This document shows positions 56,546 through 64,000 of a stretch of 64,000 nucleotides of DNA, piece by piece (position 1 is the first letter of the stretch; every line of letters starts with the position of its first letter). Source of the stretch: an uncultured virus (IMG/VR IMGVR_UViG_3300010224_000009) (taxonomy: Duplodnaviria > Heunggongvirae > Uroviricota > Caudoviricetes); IMG/VR virus record IMGVR_UViG_3300010224_000009. The stretch is one strand, 5' to 3'. The notes beneath the pieces are model-generated. The model was not told where the DNA came from. It saw only the letters and a program-made list of their open reading frames with translations, and ran no database searches. The translations under genes and the position numbers were made by a program.

Positions 56546-57382
56546 TTACATGGCCTGCCCGGTGTCGGCCTGCGCACGGCCACCGCGACCGCCGCCTTCC
56601 GAACCACCTTCATCGAGGGTGGAGGTGTCAGCCTTGGCCTCGCCGTCGTCAATGCTCTTCTTGAGCTTCTCGGCCCGGTTGAAGATCATCTCGGCGAAGG
56701 CTGCATTTTCCTCGGCGATTTCCGGCAGGCTCTTGTGCCGTTCCAGGGTCCAGCCGATCCAGCTTCCCTTAGCATTGCTTTCCGGCACGGAGCCGAGCGA
56801 ATACGAACGGAAATAGAACGGAGCCTGAATTGCATCACCGTTCGGCAGGTTGATTTCTTCCGTGGTCGCCAGCGTCAGCCAGCGGCGGGACTTCTTCAAC
56901 TGCGTGGAGGTCATGGCAATATAGCTCGGGCGCGCGTTGGCGCTCAAGTTCAGGCCGTAAATCTGCGCGGTTTCCACGACGTAGTTGCCGTTCGGCAGAG
57001 CATCGCGGCCCATTGCGTCCGGGCTGGTCTGTGCCATGATGGCGTCGTCGGGGTAAATGTTCTGCAGACCCTTGCCGCTGTCGCGCGGTGCCCATTCAAT
57101 CCAAACCTTGTCGAAGTGGACCGGGACAAAGATCATTGGCTTGGTAATGATCTCGCTGAGGCCGGTGTCGAAGATCATGCCGGGCTTGTACTTTTCGTCA
57201 TACTCCGGCTTGCCCATCGTCACTTGGGGGCTGTTGGACTGGATGATGGTCAGGCGAGGAATGAGAAGGTCGTTCGCCGTAACCTTTTCGAGACCAGTCG
57301 CTTTGCCAACGAAACGGTTGACGTCGAAACCGGCTGCCGGAAGCTTTTCAGCTTCCTTCATTGCTACTTCTTTAGATGCCAT
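56546..57382 (-). CDS. putative ssDNA-binding / recombination protein
   Basis: GLE.V...DLLIPRL.I.Q..SPQV, IEW.PR..G.G, N.KGSW; acidic Gly-rich tail; AGGA RBS. Confidence 0.65.
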   Translation of the reverse strand: MASKEVAMKEAEKLPAAGFDVNRFVGKATGLEKVTANDLLIPRLTIIQSNSPQVTMGKPEYDEKYKPGMIFDTGLSEIITKPMIFVPVHFDKVWIEWAPRDSGKGLQNIYPDDAIMAQTSPDAMGRDALPNGNYVVETAQIYGLNLSANARPSYIAMTSTQLKKSRRWLTLATTEEINLPNGDAIQAPFYFRSYSLGSVPESNAKGSWIGWTLERHKSLPEIAEENAAFAEMIFNRAEKLKKSIDDGEAKADTSTLDEGGSEGGGRGGRAQADTGQAM

Positions 57383-57526
57383 TGGGTTTGGTTCCTGGAG
57401 CGCTTGAAAACGGCCTATCCGTTCACATTTTGGCTCAACTACCATGTTTAACCGCTTTTGCAGGCGGTGCAACGTTTAAAAGTTTAAATGTGCTAAATAC
57501 CTGTTAATAAAGGGCTTTCAATGTGT

Positions 57527-57580
57527 ATAAAATAGTTTGCCTTTTAGCGGGCCGCGTGCCATAGTGCCGCCAGTTAGTTT
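57527..57580 (+). promoter_or_regulatory. promoter for the right-hand accessory operon
   Basis: ATAAAATAGTTTGCCTTTTA, then GCCATAGT at -10 spacing. Confidence 0.65.
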
Positions 57581-57593
57581 GGAGCGATCTAAC

Positions 57594-57884
57594 ATGTCAA
57601 GTGTTGCTATTCGGATGCAACTGCCTAAGATGCAGGCTGCATATAAAGCCGCATTTCAAAATCTGCTGAGTGTCAAACCTGAACTGGAACTGACGCAGCG
57701 TGCGGCATTGGACCCCGACTTTATGCGTCGGTTTTTCTCACATATTGAACTACATGGCGTCAACGGGTGCGATCTTGAAAGCATCCATTTCCGCATCACT
57801 GCCGCGCAACTCGGCATTCCCAATAATCTAGCAGGCTGGCAAAAATTTCTGAATGCCAAGCCCCAAGGAGGTTCGCTGCTGTGA
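57594..57884 (+). CDS. hypothetical protein
   Basis: ATG at 57594 after GGAG. Confidence 0.7.
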   Translation: MSSVAIRMQLPKMQAAYKAAFQNLLSVKPELELTQRAALDPDFMRRFFSHIELHGVNGCDLESIHFRITAAQLGIPNNLAGWQKFLNAKPQGGSLL

Positions 57885-58004
57885 TACTTGAACTGTTACA
57901 GTTTTTCTTCCAAGACGGTTGGCACTGGATCGGTGGCCTCGTTTATATCGCTGCCGTGCTCGGTGCGTTCGGCATGGGCTTGGGGCTTATCGTGGAGTTG
58001 ATCC

Positions 58005-58271
58005 GTGGAAAGTAAGACCATCAAGATCAAGCAGCGGCTTGACGGCCGCATCGAAGGCACCGTAAATCAGGCGTTTGCCTCCATGACATTCAGGTTCAGG
58101 ACGGCAGAAGGCGACATGGCCGAAGTCACGCTGGACATTGAAAGCAGCCTTGACATTATCTACCAGCTTGACGGCGGCAAGCAGATCGTTAAGGAGATAA
58201 AGAACGAGCGCGCGAGACGCATGCCCCAAAGCCTTTGGGCAAAGATCAAGGAGCACTTCCGAAATGGCTGA
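58005..58271 (+). CDS. hypothetical protein
   Basis: GGAG RBS; coupled ORFs. Confidence 0.65.
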   Translation: MESKTIKIKQRLDGRIEGTVNQAFASMTFRFRTAEGDMAEVTLDIESSLDIIYQLDGGKQIVKEIKNERARRMPQSLWAKIKEHFRNG

Positions 58272-58575
58272 TGAACGGCACCTGAAAAATCTGGAACAAG
58301 AGCTACTTGAAAAAGGTATGCTCATGGAGGCTGGATGGGTAAGCTTCCGGCTTGCGGTCGGTTGGGCCAGTGCCCCGAAGGAACAGCTTGAAGAATGCCG
58401 TAACGCATTCTTTGCCGGTGCGCAGCATGCGTTCTCTTCTATCATGAACGTGATGACCGACGACAAGGAACCGACGGAAGAAGACTACCGGCGCATGCAG
58501 ATGATAGACGACGAACTGTTCGAGTTCCTGGAAGCGTTCTGCGTCAAGCATGGCCTGCCGACGCCAAGGAGATAG
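58264..58575 (+). CDS. hypothetical protein
   Basis: Q..E.R.AFFAGA motif common in phage proteins. Confidence 0.75.
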   Translation: MADERHLKNLEQELLEKGMLMEAGWVSFRLAVGWASAPKEQLEECRNAFFAGAQHAFSSIMNVMTDDKEPTEEDYRRMQMIDDELFEFLEAFCVKHGLPTPRR

Positions 58576-58577
58576 CT

Positions 58578-58820
58578 ATGGCTGAGAAGTTCGACGTCTG
58601 GCAGTTCTTCCCGGAAGGGTATAACGAACAGATCGGCTTCGATCTCGAAGCACAAGCCGCTGTAGATTTGGCCCTCGACTTTACCCGTCGGCCCGCTGCC
58701 ATGATTGGCATCATTCAAGAGGTAAGGATCGTCGACAAGCTGGACAACTTGGTGTTCCATTGGAAGTTCGGCGAAGGTGTTGTGTTCCCCAAACCAGAAG
58801 ATATGGAGAAGTACGAGTGA
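58578..58820 (+). CDS. hypothetical protein
   Basis: AAGGAG RBS. Confidence 0.7.
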   Translation: MAEKFDVWQFFPEGYNEQIGFDLEAQAAVDLALDFTRRPAAMIGIIQEVRIVDKLDNLVFHWKFGEGVVFPKPEDMEKYE

Positions 58821-59317
58821 CCTCAATTCTTAGACCATGGGTGCAGCAGCTACCCTTCATGCAACAGGCCGTGCTCATGACGGCGGTGCGGGCGGAGGAC
58901 GGCACGCCAAAGCGCCATCCCATGAAGGACACGGTCCGCCTGCTGCGGCGCGCTGTATTTATCTCTTCGTTCTCTGGCAAGGAGTTTGACGACCCTTGGG
59001 AAGACGAGGGTCAGGGCGGTTCGTTCAGCAAGCCGCTGCGGGCAGACCAAGACTTGCTAAGTGTCCAGGATGCCTTCATCGACGCCCGCGACGAAATGAG
59101 CCACCATTACTATACTCATTTCATGCACGCGAGCCACATCGTTGCAATCCATCATCCGCATGGCCTCATTAGGGAATTTTTCCGGGGCGTATATGGGCGC
59201 ATGGTGCATGCCCTGCACCTTAATCCAGAAACTGACCAAGCCATGCAATTGCGGCTTGGGGATAGCGCTGCACAGTGGAAGGCGCGCGAAGATCGCAGCA
59301 CCAATTGTAGTGAGTAG
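58817..59317 (+). CDS. conserved His-rich phage protein
   Basis: WVQQLPFMQQAVL.TAVR..DG; HHYYTHFMHA; LHLNPET. Confidence 0.7.
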   Translation: MTSILRPWVQQLPFMQQAVLMTAVRAEDGTPKRHPMKDTVRLLRRAVFISSFSGKEFDDPWEDEGQGGSFSKPLRADQDLLSVQDAFIDARDEMSHHYYTHFMHASHIVAIHHPHGLIREFFRGVYGRMVHALHLNPETDQAMQLRLGDSAAQWKAREDRSTNCSE

Positions 59318-59327
59318 GAGAACGAAC

Positions 59328-59606
59328 ATGCCTCAGTACAATAAGAAGGGTCGACAAGATCACCTTTACCCCAAAGTGCAGCCGCACGGTGCAGATGTGC
59401 TGACGCAGGTCATGCAGGAGAAGGGAATGGATGCAGCCGCCTTGGCTGCGGCAAGCGGGGTCGACGAGGGTATCATCAGCGACCTAATGACCCGCGACAA
59501 GACGTTCTCTTACATACTTTCCGAAAAGCTGGCGGTCGCCCTTGGGGTCGGCAAACAACGGTTCTATAAAGCCCATCTTGCGTGGATGGACAGCGGAGGG
59601 ACGTGA
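59328..59606 (+). CDS. XRE/HigA-like HTH protein
   Basis: HGADVL...M..KGM.AAALA.ASGV....IS......SEKLAVALG. Confidence 0.7.
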   Translation: MPQYNKKGRQDHLYPKVQPHGADVLTQVMQEKGMDAAALAAASGVDEGIISDLMTRDKTFSYILSEKLAVALGVGKQRFYKAHLAWMDSGGT

Positions 59607-59607
59607 C

Positions 59608-59883
59608 ATGGACATTGGTGTAAGGATGTCGAAAACTTCATGCCCGTATTGCGGCAAGGGATTGGACGCGGCCTCTAGCCCGCATCATCGCGGTGCGCGT
59701 CCGAGCGAAGGCGATCTCGGCATGTGTGTCGGGTGCGGCGGCTTCATGAAATACAACAAGGAATTGAAGCTGGATAAGATCACGACAGAAGAACTGTTGG
59801 ACATCGATCCAAGATCAAGAAACGAATTGTTCAAGGCCCATGAAGCGTGGACCATTATGATGGAACGTAGAGGCCAGAAATGA
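59608..59883 (+). CDS. zinc-finger protein
   Basis: CPYCG...P.EGD..MCVGCG. Confidence 0.7.
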   Translation: MDIGVRMSKTSCPYCGKGLDAASSPHHRGARPSEGDLGMCVGCGGFMKYNKELKLDKITTEELLDIDPRSRNELFKAHEAWTIMMERRGQK

Positions 59884-60125
59884 AGAAGGGCAAGTACGAA
59901 ATAAAGGCAAGTGCTTGGCCATGGCAGAAAGGATTTAACCGCCATGGTCGGATTGGCTCTATCGCACCGCTCAATCCTACAAACCCTAAGACTGGCGCAA
60001 GCGCCCGCTTTGGCGGCGGCTGGAAGTACCGGCTTGGCTTTGCCATTGGCAGTGGCGAATATGGCTGGACGCTTATGATCGACCTCTTGTTCGGGACCGT
60101 CACGATAAGAAAGAGAAACTATTGA
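59880..60125 (+). CDS. hypothetical protein
   Basis: ATGA coupling. Confidence 0.6.
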   Translation: MKKGKYEIKASAWPWQKGFNRHGRIGSIAPLNPTNPKTGASARFGGGWKYRLGFAIGSGEYGWTLMIDLLFGTVTIRKRNY

Positions 60126-60310
60126 TTAGGATCGAAATCTCCAGCAATAGTAAGGACGAGGAAGACACCTTATTCCTTGGTCTGCAAAAGTTCTTCGACC
60201 GGGAACTTATTAAGGTCCATTCGTCAAGCGAAAACAGTCTCAGAAAAGAGATATGGATAGAGCCTGATAGGTTCGATATGTCCAGAATGCGCGAGTATGT
60301 GGCCGACTAA
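60122..60310 (+). CDS. hypothetical protein
   Basis: TTGA coupling. Confidence 0.5.
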   Translation: MIRIEISSNSKDEEDTLFLGLQKFFDRELIKVHSSSENSLRKEIWIEPDRFDMSRMREYVAD

Positions 60311-60318
60311 GAAGACAA

Positions 60319-60358
60319 ATAAAAGGCAGGCTTTGCCATAAAATAGCTTGCCTTTTAT
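60319..60358 (+). promoter_or_regulatory. inverted repeat overlapping the conserved promoter motif
   Basis: ataaaaggcaggct ... agcttgccttttat. Confidence 0.65.
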
Positions 60359-60398
60359 GCCCGCCCGTGCGAGGGTGACCCTATTGGAGCAGGGACAC

Positions 60399-60719
60399 AT
60401 GACGACTAAAGCAAACGCATACGCGGTCTTACAGCTTTGCCTTGACGACCCGGATTTCAGCAACGAGCATGTAAACACCGACATTGTCGGCCACATCGCA
60501 CAGCACATGGGTCGTCCGGTACTGATCGACGGCCTGTTGCGTCTCAAGGAACTTTGCGCGCACATCGGCTTTGAAGAGCTTGAATACGATCTTTGGCAGC
60601 TTGGATTGCATGACCAGTTGCCCAAGGACGTAGTGCTGCGGCACTTTGCGAGGATGATCCTGCGCACGCACGGCCCGGAAGAGGGCAAAGGCGTTCCAAG
60701 CAACCTCCGTCTTCTTTAA
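60399..60719 (+). CDS. hypothetical protein
   Basis: ATG at 60399 after GGAGCAGGGA. Confidence 0.65.
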   Translation: MTTKANAYAVLQLCLDDPDFSNEHVNTDIVGHIAQHMGRPVLIDGLLRLKELCAHIGFEELEYDLWQLGLHDQLPKDVVLRHFARMILRTHGPEEGKGVPSNLRLL

Positions 60720-60798
60720 ACGACGAGCACGTTATCCCCAAGCTGCAACCCTTGGGGATCGCGGGCATGTCGCCCTATAACACCATTTGGAGATTACA

Positions 60799-61239
60799 AT
60801 GGTCGGCAAACGTTTGGGTGCTTTTGGCGGAATTTTCAACCGTATCAAGGGCAACACCGATATCCTGGAAGGCTTCTGCGCAATCGTCGTGCGCGTCGGT
60901 TCGGCTGACGGCAACTTCGACGACGCCGAAGAAAAGGCTGGTCTGGACGCCATCAACGCGATGAGCGTCATCACCGAAAACTTCAACCCGCAGCAGATTG
61001 CCGTTGCCTTCGACAAGCAAGCTGATCGAGCCAAGGCTGGCCGTTCCGGTCGCCGCGAACTGCTGCGCGAAATCCAGGAAGCTGCGCAGAAGGGCGGTCC
61101 GGAAATTGCCAAGGCTATGATCGTGCTCGGCCTCGACGTTGCCGACAAGAACGGCATTGGTGCGGAGGAAGAACGCGATCTGCGCTTCCTCGCGACCGAA
61201 CTGCGCGTCGATTACGACCGTTGCCTCCAGGAAGGCTGA
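60799..61239 (+). CDS. TerB-family (tellurite-resistance-like) protein
   Basis: VGSADGNFDDAEE...F...LDVADKNGIGAEEE..L..LA.EL. Confidence 0.75.
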   Translation: MVGKRLGAFGGIFNRIKGNTDILEGFCAIVVRVGSADGNFDDAEEKAGLDAINAMSVITENFNPQQIAVAFDKQADRAKAGRSGRRELLREIQEAAQKGGPEIAKAMIVLGLDVADKNGIGAEEERDLRFLATELRVDYDRCLQEG

Positions 61240-61242
61240 GCT

Positions 61243-61389
61243 ATGAAGAGCAAGCTTGTAACCGGAGCCGCCGCAGTCGGGGCGTTCATCCTAGCTCAGT
61301 CCTTCGTCGGGTCAGTTATTGCCGATGGCATGCTGACGATCACAGCGGCGGCGGTCGGCTTTGGGGTAGGCTGGCTCTCTAAGAAATGA
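61243..61389 (+). CDS. 48-aa membrane peptide
   Basis: Read manually; MKSKLVTGAAAVGAFILAQSFVGSVIADGMLTITAAAVGFGVGWLSKK. Confidence 0.6.
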   Translation: MKSKLVTGAAAVGAFILAQSFVGSVIADGMLTITAAAVGFGVGWLSKK

Positions 61390-61395
61390 TGGCAG

Positions 61396-61434
61396 TAAGG
61401 GGCCGGGATGCTACCCCTTTAGCCCGGCCCCTTA
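61396..61434 (+). terminator. hairpin terminator
   Basis: taaggggccggg...cccggcccctta. Confidence 0.7.
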
Positions 61435-61449
61435 TTGATTGGAGGAAAT

Positions 61450-61764
61450 ATGCCAGTAAAGCAGATGAAGCAATTCCCCGGCATGGCCCCGCCGCCCGTG
61501 CGGACGCCGCGCTGCAATGCCAATGTCAATGACAGCAGCACCCACGAGGAAAGATGGCGGACAGAGCGCTATGGGAAGAGCGATAGACCTTTTCAGTGCT
61601 CTCGGCCAAGCGTGGTTGAGATCAATGGAAAGCCCTATTGCCGCTTGCATGGGGCGCACATCGTCCTAGACATGTATATCAAAGGTGAGTTAGTTGATCG
61701 TCCGCCGCCTACTGGTAAAGCTGGAACAGAGAACCCGGTGCGTAGAACCGCCCGCAAGATTTAA
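61450..61764 (+). CDS. Cys/His zinc-binding hypothetical protein
   Basis: RC.A...QCSR.....YCRLH; GGAGG RBS. Confidence 0.65.
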   Translation: MPVKQMKQFPGMAPPPVRTPRCNANVNDSSTHEERWRTERYGKSDRPFQCSRPSVVEINGKPYCRLHGAHIVLDMYIKGELVDRPPPTGKAGTENPVRRTARKI

Positions 61765-61799
61765 CCTGCGCTGCGACAGCGCTAGAGTGGAGATAAATT

Positions 61800-62111
61800 A
61801 TGGGATCGTGTATAAAGACCGGGGCACATGTGTTTCTGGAAGAATATGGCGAGTTTGCCTACGGCGACATGCACCAGTTCAACGGAGTGTATGTGCTGCG
61901 GTCGTCGGGGCAAGGCCCCAAGCCCATGAACGGAATGGCTGAGGTCCATTTCAAGGTAGCGCAAACGCTTGCGATCTGGGACGGAAAGCCGTATGGTGCT
62001 ATCTTCTGCGCCGGGGTCACGTATTTTGGCTATGACGGCGCACCAATATCGGAGGTACTGCCACAATGGCAAGAGGTTTCAGCAACAAAGAGCGAGGATG
62101 CCTGCGAATAG
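61800..62111 (+). CDS. hypothetical protein
   Basis: GGAG RBS. Confidence 0.55.
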   Translation: MGSCIKTGAHVFLEEYGEFAYGDMHQFNGVYVLRSSGQGPKPMNGMAEVHFKVAQTLAIWDGKPYGAIFCAGVTYFGYDGAPISEVLPQWQEVSATKSEDACE

Positions 62112-62347
62112 CGGGCATTCTTATTTTGGCGTTCGTGCTGATATTCTTCGCACTGGTGATCTATGCCCCGTAGTAGCGCCGAATGGCGTTCTTTTCATGT
62201 GTGGTATCACGGCACGAGATTTAAGGTGGTGCGGGCGGTAAGCCCTGCCATGGGCGAGCGCCGGGTGAAGCGGTACGGGACCGCTGAAATTACGCACTGG
62301 AACCGCGTCCCGAGGATTGCGCGGTTTACAGCCTACATCGATGGCAA

Positions 62348-62827
62348 GTGGATATGGAGCGACACTCAGCTATGGAAGCTAAAGAAACAATTGCGGAAGA
62401 TCGGATTAAACCGATTATGTGCGTCTGCCCCTTCTGCGGCAGCTACGACGTCGATCCGGAAGGCGGCTTAGGGCAAGACGCCGAAGGCACCATGAAGACC
62501 TTTCCGGTCTGCGACAAGTGCGGGGCGACAGCCCCAAGCGTTGAGCAATGGAACAACCGCACCGTCACGACAGAGATGATTATTCTGGCGAGGGCACTCG
62601 GCATTAGCCCGCTCCACGATGACGGTGGCGTTCGACGTACCCTTGGGGTCGCGCTGCGGTCCAATCGGCAGATTGCGTACATGCAGGAGATTGCCGAGAT
62701 CACTGGCGTGGAAACAACCTGGGATTGGGAAGAACTCCGGAAGACCGACCGCATTGATACCGAGGTCGGCTACTGGAAGAACCTTCATGACGGCACTTGG
62801 GAACACGTAAGGACGGCGGAATACTGA
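62348..62827 (+). CDS. Lar-like (restriction alleviation) zinc-finger domain protein; start uncertain
   Basis: CPFCGS...VCDKCGA....EQWNNR. Confidence 0.6.
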   Translation: MDMERHSAMEAKETIAEDRIKPIMCVCPFCGSYDVDPEGGLGQDAEGTMKTFPVCDKCGATAPSVEQWNNRTVTTEMIILARALGISPLHDDGGVRRTLGVALRSNRQIAYMQEIAEITGVETTWDWEELRKTDRIDTEVGYWKNLHDGTWEHVRTAEY

Positions 62828-62985
62828 TGCTGTATTTTCTGGTACTGATCACAAACGTAGGGATCACTGTGGTCCCTGAGCCGTACACGCTGGAGGCCTG
62901 CGAGCAGGCGGCTAAGGTGTGGGAGCAGAAAGGTATGCGCAGCCATGCATGCCTCCCTTGGTCCGATGACGCCAAGAGAGATTGA
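62827..62985 (+). CDS. small hypothetical protein
   Basis: TGATG coupling; Y.TLEACEQAA....CLP. Confidence 0.5.
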   Translation: MLYFLVLITNVGITVVPEPYTLEACEQAAKVWEQKGMRSHACLPWSDDAKRD

Positions 62986-63184
62986 ATATTGGGAAATGTG
63001 GCGACGCTGGCGGGAACTGACCAAGTACCGCAAGAAATGGCCTGACCGATATTTCAGTCCAAGCAGCCCGATGCCGAGGAAAAGCCCCAAGGGTGAGTTC
63101 CGCAAGCGACAATATCGGTCCACTGGAATGCAGAAGTATTTCAAGGACCGCAACTATTTCCATGAGAGCGAGGGAATATTCTAA
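62966..63184 (+). CDS. basic aromatic hypothetical protein
   Basis: ORF 62945-63184, coupled to the next gene. Confidence 0.45.
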   Translation: MTPREIEYWEMWRRWRELTKYRKKWPDRYFSPSSPMPRKSPKGEFRKRQYRSTGMQKYFKDRNYFHESEGIF

Positions 63185-63477
63185 TGGACGCGCAGAAGAT
63201 TTCGGAAGCAGCAAGCACGATGAAGAAGGCCGAGTATGCGCTTGGCTGGTTCCAGCGGGAGCGGGACGCGCTCAGCGCTATCAGGCTCGATACTAAGGGT
63301 CAGATTACTTCCGCGCCGGGGCACGGAGAGGCCAAGGGATATCTCCAGGAAGCCATGCGCAAGATGGGTCCGGATATTCTGACGCTGGCCAAGTCGCTTG
63401 CCGAGATTGACATTGCAAACTCCAAGGCGACCATTCGTCAAGAAGCTGGTGGCGGCACCGAGGACGGCGGGCTGTAA
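63184..63477 (+). CDS. hypothetical protein
   Basis: TAATG coupling. Confidence 0.65.
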   Translation: MDAQKISEAASTMKKAEYALGWFQRERDALSAIRLDTKGQITSAPGHGEAKGYLQEAMRKMGPDILTLAKSLAEIDIANSKATIRQEAGGGTEDGGL

Positions 63478-63731
63478 TGCCGCTGACCCTGCTGGAACTG
63501 ACCGCCGCTAAGGTCATGCTAGATAACGGCCTCAATCCGTGCTACCATGGCCACTTGGATTGGGTCTCTGCTGGCTGCGGCAATTGCGGTTGCCACAAGG
63601 ATGCCGCTTGCTCTGTGCCGGTGTATCGCTGCACCGTTTGCGGCGACAGTGACTACGGCGACAACGAGGAAGCAGACGAGCAGCGCCGGATTTGCGGCGA
63701 GCTACACGGCAATTATCTTGACGAGGAATAG
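63477..63731 (+). CDS. Cys-rich zinc-binding protein
   Basis: C...H.W...GC.NCGC....CSVPVYRC..CGD.DYG. Confidence 0.7.
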   Translation: MPLTLLELTAAKVMLDNGLNPCYHGHLDWVSAGCGNCGCHKDAACSVPVYRCTVCGDSDYGDNEEADEQRRICGELHGNYLDEE

Positions 63732-64000
63732 ATGAAATACATAATGTTTGAAGACGCAGAAGGCAGGAAGATGCCTGTTATCTTTCCTGAACTTCTGGTT
63801 CATGCTGATGTAGCTAAGGTCATTCAGCGGGCAATGCCAAATCCAGTGAAGATCAAGTCGGCGGGTTTCGTGATCCTTGGGGCAGACGTCCATACCCACG
63901 GCGAAAGCGAAACGCTCGGTGTAAAAGGCCGCGACATTGACGCGGCTTATATCGTTTCTGGCGATGCCGGGGCATACATGCCAGAAATGATGGTCGAGGG
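63732..64000 (+). CDS. hypothetical protein, truncated by window end (MKYIMFE...PVIFPELLVH...SAGF...GESETLG)
   Basis: ATG at 63732 after GAGGA; frame open to the end. Confidence 0.65.
   Translation, partial: MKYIMFEDAEGRKMPVIFPELLVHADVAKVIQRAMPNPVKIKSAGFVILGADVHTHGESETLGVKGRDIDAAYIVSGDAGAYMPEMMVE

Overview
Most of the genome of a lytic contractile-tailed phage (myovirus), very likely infecting an alphaproteobacterium (Rhizobiaceae-type). It resembles Agrobacterium phages Milano and 7-7-1 in its Cys-rich virion proteins and gene order; this rests on recall, not a database search. Layout: (1) 1-4.75 kb, an early-like region of small genes in repeated promoter/terminator cassettes, dense in CtrA boxes (TTAA-N7-TTAA) and largely purged of the GA/TC dinucleotide, ending abruptly at a TC-dense tract (4745-4795). 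(2) ~4.95-5.64 kb, an ORF-poor, heavily base-paired stretch between a promoter and a terminator, a candidate ~690-nt structured ncRNA. (3) 5.9-7.8 kb, nuclease, TerS and an HU-like gene. (4) 7.9-17.5 kb, a fibre-like module of five ~140-aa paralogs, beta-propeller proteins and repeat scaffolds. (5) 17.5-43.8 kb, holin candidates, TerL, portal, protease, capsid, neck, sheath, tube, chaperone with a -1 frameshift, tape measure, Mu-like baseplate, fibres, endolysin and spanins. (6) 43.9-57.4 kb on the minus strand, replication genes (SNF2 helicase, primase-helicase, DnaE, DnaQ) and an unusual nucleotide-metabolism cluster. (7) 57.6-64 kb, many small accessory genes (HTH, TerB-like, Lar-like). No tRNA, CRISPR array or integrase was seen. 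There are three N gaps. All product calls come from motif recognition and synteny only.
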